A stretch of 63,335 nucleotides of DNA, the filler included, from Phoronis australis (taxonomy: Eukaryota > Animalia > Phoronida), in assembly GCA_002633005.1 (NCBI GenBank). It is 10 parts of 10 records of this genome, joined end to end, with 100 filler letters (N's around TTAATTAATTAA, not from the genome) between each part and the next. Parts side by side here need not be neighbours in the genome. Positions count along the whole stretch, not along the records: positions 1 to 6,156 come from NMRA01002217.1; positions 6,257 to 32,670 come from NMRA01001285.1; 8 more parts are not named here. One strand, 5' to 3'. A model generated the notes under the pieces. The model had not been told where the DNA came from, ran no database searches, and was given only the letters and a program-made list of their open reading frames with translations. Numbering within the stretch: the stretch's first letter is position 1; every line of letters begins with the position of its first letter. Shown here piece by piece: positions 1-11,900 of the stretch. A program made the position numbers and the translations under genes.

Positions 1-570
1 TTTGTTGTGACAGGTTTGGCTCGAGGTTGCGACAAATTTGAAAAACACAAAACAACAGGTTTGAGGTGGTGACAGACAAGTCATGAGTTCTGTATGGAAA
101 CATTCATTGGTGTCTGCAACCAGTTCAATTTCATTTGAAATTCCTCATTATGCTTAAGTTCAACTCCTCAACAGTGCGGGCCTACCTTTTCATACAAGTA
201 TGCAAACTTAGAAATTCTCATATAGTACGGTAAAATCTCACCAATCTCAGACAAAATAATTGCCAAATATGGTCAATTTCTTCATTTTTCAAAGTCTTTT
301 AGCATTATTCTGAATACCAATACTACTCAAACCCCATCTGGTGCCAAGTATGGAATGAAACTTGAAATTGGTAAAGCAAGCTTCCTGTCATAAAAAAGAA
401 ATGCAATGTAAGTTCACTTATCCACCATGTTGTATTCAATTGGCGATATTTACTATACAAATTTTCAGTTGAAACAAAAATTAATTACAAAAATGTCAGA
501 GAGCTAACCAAGGAATAGAGACAAGCATGAAAACAAAAAAAAATATATTATTTTTCCTGGCGTCTCATAC

Positions 571-652
571 CAGTATCCTGTCGTCTGACTCCAGTGCCAC
601 GTTTAGCACCCAGAGAAGCGGGTTTGGCAGGTGCATTACTTCTAGGCTTCAT
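571..652 (-). CDS. Probable first coding exon of an unidentified gene continuing left out of the window (MKPRSNAPAKPASLGAKRGTGVRRQDT-)
   Basis: Minus-strand exon 696..571 bounded by ttttgtttcag acceptor and G|GTATGA donor. ATG at 652 has a good context (caccATG) and is the only frame open to the donor. No family recognised. Confidence 0.5.
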
Positions 653-1861
653 GGTGACTGTTTTTGAAACACCAGAACAGTTATAATCTGGTCATGCTGA
701 AACAAAATCACAAAAATATAGAGTAAAGCTGCATTTTGCCTTTTTAGCTAAAGCACGAAAATGCAGGTGAGCCTTTTAATCTGGGTCTCACAATATTCCT
801 GACTGTAGGACTCTATTTCTGTTTCCAGCAAAAACGCCAAAATAATCAGCGACTAAAGATAACATTTCAGAGTTTATTGGGGTCGGCCAACCCTAAAATT
901 GAAGTCGAAAATGGCGCATGAATACTTTGACTTGAGCTGCCGGATAACATGGCAACAATTCAAGGTCAGTATCATGTGATAAATGCTTTTAAGCCCCTCA
1001 GCAATTCAGATAATAATTCAACAGACAGTTGTGAAGTGCACTCTTAAGAATAATCCAAGTACAATGAATACAGGAATTACTTAAATCAATACATGATACA
1101 CAACATAAATTTAGCATTTGCTTGAGGTTCTATATTTAAATCACTTGACGCATCGAAATAGAAGAGGGGTGTAGACTTTATTAATTAGTATGTCACTTCA
1201 GACGCACTATTGATAAGCTGTAACAAATAAACATTCAGATAATTTTTTTCAATATTCATACAAGTGCGTTACTCTGTGATGGGGTATTGTTGTGAATCCT
1301 TGATGTAGTAATCTTAGTTTGAGAATTCAAGTTATTCAGAGTACTTACTAGTGATATATGCAGTTAGTATTATAGATCACAGAAAACCGAAAGGACCTTG
1401 GGGCAATTTCTCTATGACTCATTTAATAAAAAAGCTTATAAATCCATCCAAAATCATGTGAGTCTGAATCCTACTCTGACCACGGCAGTGTTTTCAGACT
1501 TTGGTTGGGTTTTGTTAAACTGTGAGCACACTTACTCAGTTACTGGGAGAAAACAGCATCCCTCTGAGTGCTTATGCTACCACTTTTCTAATTTACTAAT
1601 CTCTTCCCATCAGGGTTGTAGACAGTTGGTTGTAAGACTCTCCTTGGCAGACCTTGGCTCTGGACTGAACATGGCCAGATCGACAACAAATATGCTTTCT
1701 GAACAGTTTTAAAGTCAATTTCGAATTGAAATGTACATCACAAGTTTTGGAAGGTGGACCTTAGTGTTTGAAAGTTTAGGGCGAGCACTGTATATTTTAC
1801 AGTGATCAACACTGACAGGGCATTTACAGGAAGCTGAAAACAGGTACAACTAGCTAAAGCT

Positions 1862-2761
1862 TAGGCAATGACCATCGCCTCTGTTGGCCCGAAGCAGAGG
1901 CGATGTAGAGGCTATAGGCGCTCTGTACGCCGGAAGCTTTTCGGCGAATTATGCCTCGCACCGAGTAAACCATCAAAGTCACGTTGTTACAAATACCTTT
2001 TGCGCATAGAGGAACACCGTAGGAGGTTGTCGATGTGTTTAATTCCTTCCAACTCGAACAAATACTCCCGTTATGAAACTTTTTCTTCGAGCAGTCCCTA
2101 TTTCAGTTCCCAAAATCGTGAACTCAACTTTTTTATACTGCGCACGCTCCAATTCATGACCTCAATCTTTAAATAGGCCAAAGGTGAGCCATTGCGGTCT
2201 TGGCAGTCAAATGTTCGTTTCCAAAATGCCACCACTTATACTTGTCTTTAATTGGCGTTACTTGAAACTGATTGTATTTCAATGAATCATTGTTTGTATT
2301 TGATAAAAACAAATGCTGTTGATATGACATTTAATAGTCTTTTTGCACATATTTGACATTTTAATGTTTAACAACACGGCAAATGCACGGCTGGTTCCCG
2401 GCAGCACGTACGCGAAGGGCGGGAACTTCAGCTTTCAAAGTTCGCCGGTAGGTCCGCAACTTCTGACCTTCGGCCTGGTTAAAAAAATGAAAAAGTTGAG
2501 TTCACGATTTTGGGAACTGAAATAGGGACTGCTCGAAGAAAAAGTTTCATAACGGGAGTATTTGTTCGAGTTGGAAGGAATTAAACACATCGACAACCTC
2601 CTAAGGTGTTCCTCTATGCGCAAAAGGTATTTGTAACAACGTGACTTTGATGGTTTAGTCGGTGCGAGGCATAATTCGCCGAAAAGCTTCCGGCGTACAG
2701 AGCGCCTATAGCCTCTACATCGCCTCTGCTTCGGGCCAACAGAGGCGATGGTCATTGCCTA
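1862..2761. mobile_element. Non-autonomous foldback / Mutator-like (MULE) DNA element with ~270-bp TIRs
   Basis: 1862-~2134 is a near-perfect inverted repeat of ~2487-2761, which is why the ORF track shows two mirror-image ORFs. A 9-bp direct repeat GCTAAAGCT flanks it at 1853-1861 and 2762-2770. Long TIRs with a 9-bp TSD are typical of MULEs. Confidence 0.85.
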
Positions 2762-3486
2762 GCTAAAGCTAAGACACGTTCATCAACAACATGGTCAAGC
2801 CAAGTTCAAGTGTCGTCTGCTTACTTTTGTTTCTGCTTGAAAATGTACTTCTCTGTCTCAAACTTAAGCATTTAAGATGCAACTGGACACAGGTTGAAGG
2901 TCCTCCATCAAGATGTGTACTTTATAAAACGTGTGATGCTAAAATAAAAGCCAGTCGTGAAGGTGTTTTTAAAATTTCCCTCCAATTCCACTGTCCGCCA
3001 TTTGTAAACATTCATCATAATAAGAAAACAGTTTTTAATCCTTGTCAAAATGTTCAAGTGTAAGAATTTAAGAGTAACATAATTTGTCAACTTGATCACA
3101 TTTAGAGAAAAAATAATACTTTTAGAAAACAGTTTTGACTTTTCTTCGTTAAAAAAGCAATATTAGCAATAGATGTAAATGTTTTTCGCCTTTCGTGTGA
3201 CCTTGACCGACTGACATTGAACGGAAGAAAACGCACATTGAAGAATAACAATGACATCCAAGTACTGTACTATTTACCTGTGAACTTGTGCATGCATCAT
3301 AGTTATGATTTTCGTTTTCATACGCGATGTACTGTATATATCGTTATTGAACAAGGCCGTGAAGCTAAGTTCTCACTGTAACCAACATTGCAAAATTGAG
3401 GAGTGGGACATTGTCTGCTGCCGCTGCACAATGTCACGGTTTACTAAATAGCAAGAGACGGTGTTACTCCCATGAGGCCTTTTTAG

Positions 3487-3688
3487 GCCGGAAGTTTTCA
3501 GGCGAATTATGCCGCACACTGATTAAATCATCAAACTTACGTTGCTATAAGTATCTTTTGCACATAGAGGGACAATTTAGGTGACCGTCAATGTTTGTAA
3601 TTCCTTCCGACAAATAGGCCTACTCCTGAAGTCAAACTTTTTTCGAGGAGCCCTTTCAGTTTACTTGAATCGGCAACTGGCCATTTTT
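3487..3688 (+). repeat. Old diverged copy of the MULE-like TIR
   Basis: Colinear similarity to 1929-2135 (gccggaagttttcaggcgaattatgcc...tatcttttgcacatagagg...aattccttcc...caaacttttttcgag). Confidence 0.7.
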
Positions 3689-3749
3689 ACACGGCTTGGG
3701 CAACTGAAAGAAGAACTGCTCAAAAAAACTGGTGGTATAGTCCGATTAC

Positions 3750-3858
3750 CTCTCGTCGTCAGTCTCCAAAGGTCGTCCGCCATCTTGTTTCGCGTGCAGC
3801 GCTGCCACGCGGGACTTAGCGTTCCAATTTGGAACGCTCGTCTGCACGTTAGGTACTA
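3750..3858. promoter_or_regulatory. Putative bidirectional promoter / first exons of the left-hand gene and HDHD3
   Basis: Locally GC/CpG-rich. Minus-strand CAAGATGGCGG (YY1-like) at ~3777-3787 is followed by donor G|GTAATC at 3749. A plus-strand donor AG|GTACTA lies at 3853. Confidence 0.45.
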
Positions 3859-5140
3859 ACCTCTCGGGAGAAACACGCGTGGAAGAACTGAGACTAAAAT
3901 TAATGCATTTACCGACTGTTTTTTTGAGACCACTTAAAAACTTGTTGATTTTACTAATGCACTTTTTTGTTCATTTTCAGAAGATATTTTCGAAATTAAA
4001 TTTTCTTCAGACGGAACAAAAAGCAACCCAGGGATTGTTTATGCAATGTATCTATTTGTCCCAGGCACTAACCGACATCTGTTAGGCCAAAGGAAAAACG
4101 CAGCAGACAAATGGAACACGCTGGGTGCTTAACAGTTTCGGCCCACGCCTTGGTCATCAAAATATTGTTCACTTGTTTTTTTATTGCAAAACACAGTACT
4201 GAACTCAACATTTATGTTGAAAATTTTGGTTAAAGCATTTTGAATTTATTTGAAGAAAATTAAAATACTTGAATTGATAGAGAATGGCCACCAATAAAGT
4301 AAAACATTGACTTTATTTCACTATATTGCATTTGTTACATACAACACAGCATGACATAATCAAAAATAAAAGAAGAGATTGAGCAATAAAATTCAAATGC
4401 AACTTGGGTATTTATTTATTTATTTATGAATGCAGAAGCCTGTTAAAGATGAGAAAAAATCAAACAATACAATTATGGGTAATTTATTAGAACAATTGTA
4501 TCGAGGTTCAATGATCAACTTCCGCCTACCAAGTCTCAAAGGCTTACAGTTCTGTTTTGGCTGACAAGGTGTTAACAGAGAATGAAGAGAAACTGAAAAG
4601 AAAAAGAAGGACAGCAGAGATAAGTGATGTTAAGAACAACAAGAGCAAAAAGTCAAATAAAGAGGTCACAAATACAAAATAAGTAAGGTCTGCCTGGAAT
4701 AAAACAATTGTGATTTATTTTCCAGAACTGAAATTCTAAATCAATTTTAATCGATTTAAAAATCGATATCATACCAGTAAAACAGTTTGTGGTTGAAGTA
4801 GAGTTGCTGTAAACCACTTTCCACTATTTTCTTGGCCTTTTTCTGTGTGGTTTTCTGTCCTTTCAAAAGGCGGCAGCACATGACGACCATAGGTGTCATT
4901 ATAAAATGGCTGCCGAAAAGCAATGCACAGTTGAACAACTCGGCTTAAGTAAAAGAAAACGTTTGAATCAACGAATACTATATATTTGTGAGAGTTAAAT
5001 CAAGTCCTATTCAGATCATAACTTTGAAGTGGAATAATTGGGTGAGTAAGACAACAAGCCGGTTTTATGCTTAGGCGGACGACTATAGGGTTTCGGAGTG
5101 TACTGTCTAGCACATTGCCATATGATCTGGAACTACCGTC

Positions 5141-5310
5141 TCACACTGATTAAAACATCGAAGTCATGGTACTAAACGCATCTTTTGCCTTTGTTCTTAG
5201 GAGGCCATTGATGTCTTAAACTCCTCCCAGCTCATACAAATATTGCCGCAATCAAACTTTTTTCGAACAGTCCTGCGTTCAGTTGCCCAAATCGGTAACT
5301 CGCCATTTTT
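5141..5310 (+). repeat. Second diverged copy of the MULE-like TIR
   Basis: cacactgattaaaacatcgaagtc...caaacttttttcgaacagtcc...cagttgcccaaatcgg aligns by eye with 1955-2135 and 3515-3688. Confidence 0.6.
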
Positions 5311-5428
5311 GCAAGTTGCTAGCACCAGGAGACATGACGTCATCCTCCCCGGCGCGAGCAGAGTAAAAATGACCAGATATCCTAAATACGCAATTCATAC
5401 ATGTATAATTAAATGCTTTGTCTTCAGA

Positions 5429-5595
5429 ATGAGCAAAATCCGTCTGATCACGTTCGATGTTCACAAGACGCTAATCAAGGTATGTGGGTCACCTGGAGAA
5501 CAGTATTCGAAGATTGCCGAGAAGCACGGCGTGACCAAGAGCGCAGCTGAACTGGACGAGATCTTCACACAAGTCTGGAACACTCACTGGGACAG
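5429..5595 (+). CDS. HDHD3: First coding exon of HAD-superfamily hydrolase HDHD3/Reg-2-like
   Basis: MSKIRLITFDVHKTLIKVCGSPGEQYSKIAEKHGV... has HAD motif I and matches the HDHD3 N-terminus (IRLLTWDVKDTLLRLRHPLGEAYATKARAHG). Acceptor tcttcag at 5427 and donor AG|GTAGAG at 5596. Later exons not found. Confidence 0.85.
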
Positions 5596-6156
5596 GTAGA
5601 GTTGTTGGGGTCGCTTCATATAGACTGTTAAGGTTAAGTGGGAAAGTCCAGCTGATGCTGTTGCTGTTTATAGAATCAAGTTTTTGGCGTCTAATTACTA
5701 CCACATCCCAGTTTAGTGATAATGTATGCAAATTATTTGATAATGTATGCAAATTAATTGATTAACTAAAAGATTCATATTGATTAATTCATATTAAGAG
5801 TCACTCCACAAGAATTTGTTCGTTAATTGTTGAAGTTATATTTTGAATTGTTTTATGAAAACGGTGCCATGGGAGCGTGAAGCCAAACTTCATATTTTGT
5901 CCTAAAGTTGCCTTTTATGAAACAGATCCAAGACTTATAGTTACGCAGTAGTTCATATGTTATTTTATGCAAAGTAGTCAAGAAAAGTTTTTTTCACGTA
6001 TCGGATGCTGACTACTGCACACGTCAACATCAATCGCACAAATGATAATGACCCCAAATTTGTCATATTAATGACCCAACTAGCAGATTTCATTGTCAGA
6101 ATACACTAGAGTGACAGGGAATACAGAATTTTGTGCGATTGTTTTAGGTTTTAATC

Positions 6157-6256
6157 NNNNNNNNNNNNNNNNNNNNNNNNNNNNNNNNNNNNNNNNNNNN
6201 TTAATTAATTAANNNNNNNNNNNNNNNNNNNNNNNNNNNNNNNNNNNNNNNNNNNN
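6157..6256. other. Assembly gap spacer N-TTAATTAATTAA-N (recurs at ~32671, 36023, 39602, 41838, 44030, 54516, 57327, 60825)
   Basis: The same 12-mer, which has stops in all six frames, sits in the centre of each 100-bp N block. This is a scaffolding linker, not biology. Confidence 0.97.
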
Positions 6257-7559
6257 TGCATGAATGACATGCTTCTAAAAATATTCCTCAGGGTCAGACC
6301 CTGGAGTTTAGTGATTCCTACCTGAGCTCACAGTCACACGATGCAAGACGTTGAACCTCGAACGACTTTGGTCATTTTTCAGACCTCTATCAGACTTCTC
6401 CTCTAGTGTGCAGTGGATGTCCTAAGTGTCTTTGGCGACGCCAATATATCTCGATTGTAGTAACGATGATTCGGGCAAGTGAACCTAATACGGTAGATTA
6501 TATAGCTCCTGCTGCACACAGTGCCTCCGAGGCAGACAGACACCGAGACAGACTACGAAGGAGGACACGTTGCACCTCCACATCAGCTCCACATACTGTT
6601 GTAAGGTGCTCAAATGTCTCGATCTATACCTTGTGCATTTCCCTAGAGTTTCCAAAGTTGTTTCTCTCCGCAATTTGTAGAAATATCACATTTGATGCGA
6701 CTGGCAGTGCCAGATAAATAGATAAATTCGTAAACCCGCACCTTAGGTCAGCCATCATTCAACTAACGCATTGTAAGCTTTAGTTTAGTATTCAGACGAA
6801 TTGCATGAACAAATTTAGTATAATGTCATATTTTATTGGGAAATGCTAGTGTCCTTAAAATTAATTAAAATCATTTAAGCAAACCAATTGCTTTAATTGT
6901 TGTATTATACCAAGGCATATTAATGCGAAGAAACGGCGAACAACTAGTGACTGGTTTAACATGACAAATACACATACGCGGTCTGAAAATAGTGAAATTC
7001 AGACACCTATTACCAAATTACCAAGCCTGCCTGAAGGGCTGACAAAGATTTTATTGTATTAATTTCAAGGGCATGGAGTCTTCTACATGTCCATGTTATT
7101 ATTTTTAGTTTTCTCGCGGGGACAGCTTCGCTATAAACAACTTACTGCTGGTTTTTCACAAGAAGGAAATGTACCTCCACGGAAACAGTTCCAGTGTTAC
7201 CATGGTAACAGATATTACAGTGTCGGTGCCGTTTTTACTGACATTGGTCATGAACCTATCATGTGATATCAAAATTTTTCAGAAACGATTCTGTTTGAAG
7301 TAGAAACTGGAGTAGAAATTTTGGTCAAAAATGACTCATTCCACACCAAGAAATTGCCTCATTTTGCCCTCAAGAACACTTCCCTTGTATCTCCTAAACC
7401 ACCAAACTTTGTGGTGTCATACTTCACCCAATTTCTCTCATCCCTAATGTGATTTATCAGACTAAACATGGATCTGAATGGTTGACCCCCCACCTTGCCG
7501 CTTGTTGGCTGTACAGTGGTCGGTGGATCCGTGGACTGATACTTAAGAGATAAAGGTGC

Positions 7560-7730
7560 TTACAATTCCCGTTGGACTTCGTCTCATTTCTGCCGGCATC
7601 TACAATGTCGACTTTTGCTGAACTGAAAGGCATGTTCAATCGGCCACTTTGTAATTTGTGAAGATCTAACGTTGATACATTTTGACAAACGTTGCTACAA
7701 AAAGAAACTTTGTTCAATTTTCGTGTTTTT
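7560..7730 (+). repeat. Dispersed repeat; inverted copy at ~30175-30345
   Basis: ctgaactgaaaggcatgttcaatcggccactttgtaatttgtgaag...acgttgctacaa is the reverse complement of the 30200-30290 region with scattered mismatches. Confidence 0.7.
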
Positions 7731-7784
7731 TCTGTTTGTGGCCAGCGCCAAGTTGGGCCTAAGGGTACTCTTGGCGCAAAGCTG

Positions 7785-7937
7785 GCGTGCGTTCAGTAGA
7801 CGCTAGGACCTACGCTAGGATCTTGCTAAATCCTAGTCAAAGTCACATGTTCTCATTTAAAATACACGGCAATATCTCTCGTAATCTCGCGAAGTCTTGC
7901 TTCTTAGCGAGGTCCTGGCGCTACTGAACGGGAGGCT
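7785..7937. mobile_element. ~150-bp MITE
   Basis: Imperfect terminal inverted repeats cgttcagtagacgctaggacct ... aggtcctggcgctactgaacg. Confidence 0.55.
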
Positions 7938-8609
7938 GTATAGGCCTACTAACAAGCTGTATTTTGACTATAGTCTTCACTGGTAACTGGTGACTGAGGC
8001 TAACTAAGGTCTGCCGCGGCAGTGTGACACAAGACTAACCAGCCCGTAATTTTATGCAAGTGTCTGAAACTACCCTTGAATATATGCAGCATTTATCATT
8101 TGACCATTTTACTTCGACAAAACAGCTTGCGACCGCATGCATTTACAGTTCGCCAGTGTCTGGTCTCGATCCGCACCGGGTCCGATAGGCTGCGGTCCCG
8201 AGTCTAGCAAAATAATTTCTGTCAAAATTTATTCGCCACATTTCTTCAGCAAATTCCATAAAATTGTCCGTAGTTTGATTTTATCAAAATTAAGGCGCGC
8301 TGTCGATTTTTTTTATCCCCGTTTGCTGGCTGGTAACAGTACAGGCACTGCTCCAGTCGCACTGACGGCGTTTTCTCGGCCTGGGTTCCTGAATGAATTG
8401 TACTTCCGGGTTCGCGGCAAGTTCAAAATGGCGGTGTTTCTTCGGGTGCGAATCGTGAGTGGCGCGTTCATTTAAACTGTTTTCGAGTACGGATCGTGTA
8501 TTAGTTATGGGGTAGGTACTTCTTGGATCCTTATAACATCTTCTAACCATGTAATAAGGGTTAACAACGCGTGAGACAAGGACTTTAAGTATTCTTTTTT
8601 CACGTTCGA

Positions 8610-8778
8610 TGACGTCAGCCGATGAATGGTGTAGCGCTAAAATCGGCGACTCGCAACTCTTGAGGCCCGGATTCGAATCCAGCCTCGGTTTCCAACCAAT
8701 ATGTTATCTCACTAGCGAGATAACCTTATGGGTTATTACACGGTTGTATCTGCCATTCGAGGCTAATATTGTGGTATA
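8610..8778 (+). repeat. tRNA-derived repeat, copy 1
   Basis: A-box-like TGGTGTAGCGCTAA and B-box GGATTCGAATCC, followed by a shared non-tRNA tail ending ctaatattgtggtata. Confidence 0.7.
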
Positions 8779-8786
8779 GTTGATGT

Positions 8787-8955
8787 TATATCACAATATT
8801 AGCGTCAAATGGCAGATACAACCGTGTAATAACCCATAAAGTCATCTCACTAGTGAGATAACGATTTGGCGGGAAACCGAGGATGGAGCCGAACCCGGGA
8901 CCATGGAATTGCTGGTCGCCTACTTTACCACTACACCATGTAGCGACTGACGTCA
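8787..8955 (-). repeat. tRNA-derived repeat, copy 2 (tail-to-tail with copy 1)
   Basis: Reverse complement reads TGGTGTAGTGGTAAAGTAGGCGACC...GGGTTCGGCTCC... with the same tail. Confidence 0.7.
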
Positions 8956-9102
8956 AAAAGAGTGAAAATAATCGCATGTTCAACAAACTGCATTGTACTG
9001 TACTTATACGCTACGAAAAATAAGACAAATAAATTTCATTAAAAATGATATATTTATTCAGTGAAAAGTTTCTCTCATGTCCTCTTACCTGTAGATCACC
9101 TC

Positions 9103-9245
9103 GGGCGATAATTCTCCAAAATCCACTCGGGCTTTGAATTACGGCGGATAACGACATCGCCATGCAATAATCTATATTTATTACATGGCAAAGTCATTAT
9201 CCCCGGTTATCTAGAGCCCGAGTGGATTTTGGAGAATTATCGCCC
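9103..9245. repeat. Imperfect ~140-bp palindrome centred on taatctatattta (two abutting MITE termini)
   Basis: gggcgataattctccaaaatccactcgggct ... agcccgagtggattttggagaattatcgccc. A single arm recurs at ~16683-16764. Confidence 0.7.
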
Positions 9246-9257
9246 ACTTAATCTATT

Positions 9258-9540
9258 TATACCACATACTAAAGGAGAAACATTGAAATGTATCGATTTA
9301 TCTTTTCTGACTATCCACGGCTTTGTATCTACTTTCTGTGTAAGAGGCCCGGGGGCGGAGGTCGAGGCTTTTTTGTCAAATAATGCTTTTACCCATGCAT
9401 GGTGTAGTGGTAAAGTCGGCGACCAGCAATTTCAGGGTTCCGGGTTCGAATCCGTCCTCGGTTTCCCGCCAAATCGTTATCTCACTAGTGAGACAACTTG
9501 ATCGGTTGTATCTGCCATTTGACGCTAATATTGTGGTATA
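9258..9540 (+). mobile_element. Short element with TATACCACA/TGTGGTATA termini containing tRNA-derived copy 3 (9399-9540)
   Basis: A box TGGTGTAGTGGTAA and B box GGTTCGAATCC; 9-bp inverted termini. Confidence 0.55.
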
Positions 9541-10109
9541 ATCTATATTTATTAAATACTACACACTTTACGAATTTTATGTTGAATTAATGACGGCGTG
9601 GTAAAATCATACGTTAAGTGATATCGCTGAAGCATGATTTCTAACTTTAGATATGAGACTTTTTATACAGCACATTATGCATAAAAACAAGCACGATATT
9701 TGAAATTTACAGCAAAATTGCTTAAAATCAGAATACAACGCTAGATATTTCACGACCTCAATTTTTTTCATGCCACGGAATGCTGAATAAGCAGTACGCC
9801 TTTCCGCTCATCCGTTATTGCTCTTAATCACCACTTCATCACTCTGTATATTGCGCTTTACCACAGATAATTATTGTTTATTTCTGTATAATTTCTTAAT
9901 ATGTTGGTACAGCAATAGAACCCAAGTTTATTTTAGGAACAACATAAACAATGGTTCGAACATAGCGCAAATATTAAATCATGGGCGCATGAAAACGGAA
10001 GACTGTGATCGGTTTATAGTGTCATCCATCATCCATCATAGTGAGAGAGAGAGAGAGAGGTTGTTTATTGCACTTGGAGCTAAGCTCATTTGTACATATT
10101 ACATTGCAA

Positions 10110-11900
10110 CATTTGGTATAGGTGACAATTTCGTGTCCGGGTATTCAATACATACTGTATATACATATTTACACGTTACAATGTTAGAGTCTCCTGTCTA
10201 ATACCATATGCCTTTAATATAAATAAGGATAGTCTTTTCAACAGATTTCCAGAGTTTGTTTTGAATAAGTATTTGACGTTTTCGATGTCTGTGGCACTCT
10301 AGCAAACGAAACCGCACACAATTTTCAGCTCTATTACCCTGGTTAAAAAATAACTTCTATAAGTTTATTGCATCGGATTCTAATGATCACCAGGGCAAGT
10401 CAAAACTCTTAAGGAAGCGCAATCTCAAACCTTTGGCATGAATCTGTCACATAAGAATGGAATTAGACCGATTTAATTCATCAGCATTGTAGACACAACG
10501 GTTACAGACTCTGACTGCGTTTGTTAACGTCTTGTGGCAATGATAAAAATAAATGTTTCTACTATGATTGATAACAAGTTTTACTCTGATGAGGTACGAT
10601 GCAATATGCATGTCTAACATGCAAATCGGCAGTTGCAAAAATATTTATTGGGTTTAATGAATCCGTTTGATATGAACCACTGCAAAAGTATGATTACTAA
10701 TTGTACATTCGAAGCACGCCTCATTAGAATAAAAACTTACCCATGCTTGATGATCCAGGGAGTACCTCTATTACAGGCATGGAAGATATATAGTTGTTAA
10801 GCCATAGAGGGTAATAAAGCTTACATAATATCACACTGAGCCATCTACACCAGGGATGTACAAAGGATCAAGTATTTCAAAAGAATCCTCAACTACTCAT
10901 TTTTCATAGTCATAACTACTCATTTTTCATAGTATTACTAAATCACGAACACCTAGATATATATAAGAAGTTGCACATTACTCTGCTACACCACTTGCTC
11001 TCCCACATTGATGGGAGGCCTCATTTGCAAAATTTAACGACATATATTTTTCTATGCAAGATTAAAGCCAAGCAAAACAGAACCAAAAATAAATATCACA
11101 AAACCTGAGATTTTACTTAAGCAGGAATTAAAACAATCCAATACATTAAGATTGCTTTCACACAGAAGACCAAAAAGACAAATAATGACCAAAATTCAAC
11201 AAGTCAAGACAGAAAATTTATCACATCACCACCTATAATTTATCAAGTGAGGACCAAAAGTTCTTCACTTCAGGATCAAAAATAAAATGCGACCGAACTG
11301 AAAATTTAATACTTAGCCAGGTTGAAAAACTTGCCACTTCAATAACTTTACACGCCAGAACACCAGGTAACCATCCCCAAGCATTGATCCATGAAAGTGA
11401 TAATGTCCGTACTATACGTATGAACAAGGGCTAAATGTTCAACCGCTTGCTGACGAGACATATTATCTTGTAAAGGCGGTTGAATTTCTTTCGTCTAATC
11501 CACGTTTTACAATCAATGCCAATTTACAGGTACACACTCGATTGTCATCATTACAAAATGGGTGATCACGTAGTCTCTGGCACGAAAACAATTCTCTTCT
11601 GATAAGTTTTCTGACGCGATAAATCCTGGTTGTCAATTGTTTTTGATTGGACAGATATTTCAATTCCTGAATAGAAAATGTGTGTTCTGGATTTTTCCGA
11701 TTCAGTTTTCCATTCAGCAAACTAATGCACCGCAAAGTGTTTTTACTATCCCGTGGCGGCTCCACTGCAATGAATCTTTTCTGGTACAACCTTCCGTAAA
11801 TGACGTTCGTATTTTGCACATTCCGTCGGGGTAACAGTTTTTCAAGAGCTATATATTCATTGGACAAGTTTCTGTTTGGTATTCGGTTTTATTTTCTTTC
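10110..11900 (-). mobile_element. Highly degenerate non-LTR retrotransposon (LINE) ORF2 remnant
   Basis: Minus-strand fragments in the correct order: RT start-like 'RDSKNTLRCISLL...K...LKYL...RVRK' (~11600-11760), 'SYIYLGV' (YxYLG RT motif, ~10950) and C-terminal 'FRLLECHRHRKRQ' (HFLLEC-like knuckle, ~10290). Many stops and frameshifts; clade uncertain (RTE-X/CR1-like). Confidence 0.65.

Noticed and set aside
1868-2755. Two near-identical 102/106-aa ORFs on opposite strands
   Set aside because: They are mirror translations of the transposon's inverted repeats; no protein-like features.
6201-6212. Recurring TTAATTAATTAA motif, superficially like a regular repeat or CRISPR-type array
   Set aside because: Always centred in N runs; an artificial scaffold linker.
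6406-6717. 103-aa ORF next to HDHD3 as a possible next exon
   Set aside because: No HAD motifs or similarity to HDHD3 in any frame I read.
8620-9470. Functional tRNA genes
   Set aside because: A and B boxes are present, but there are no convincing acceptor or anticodon stems, and all copies share a non-tRNA tail. The same applies at 34703 and 52303.
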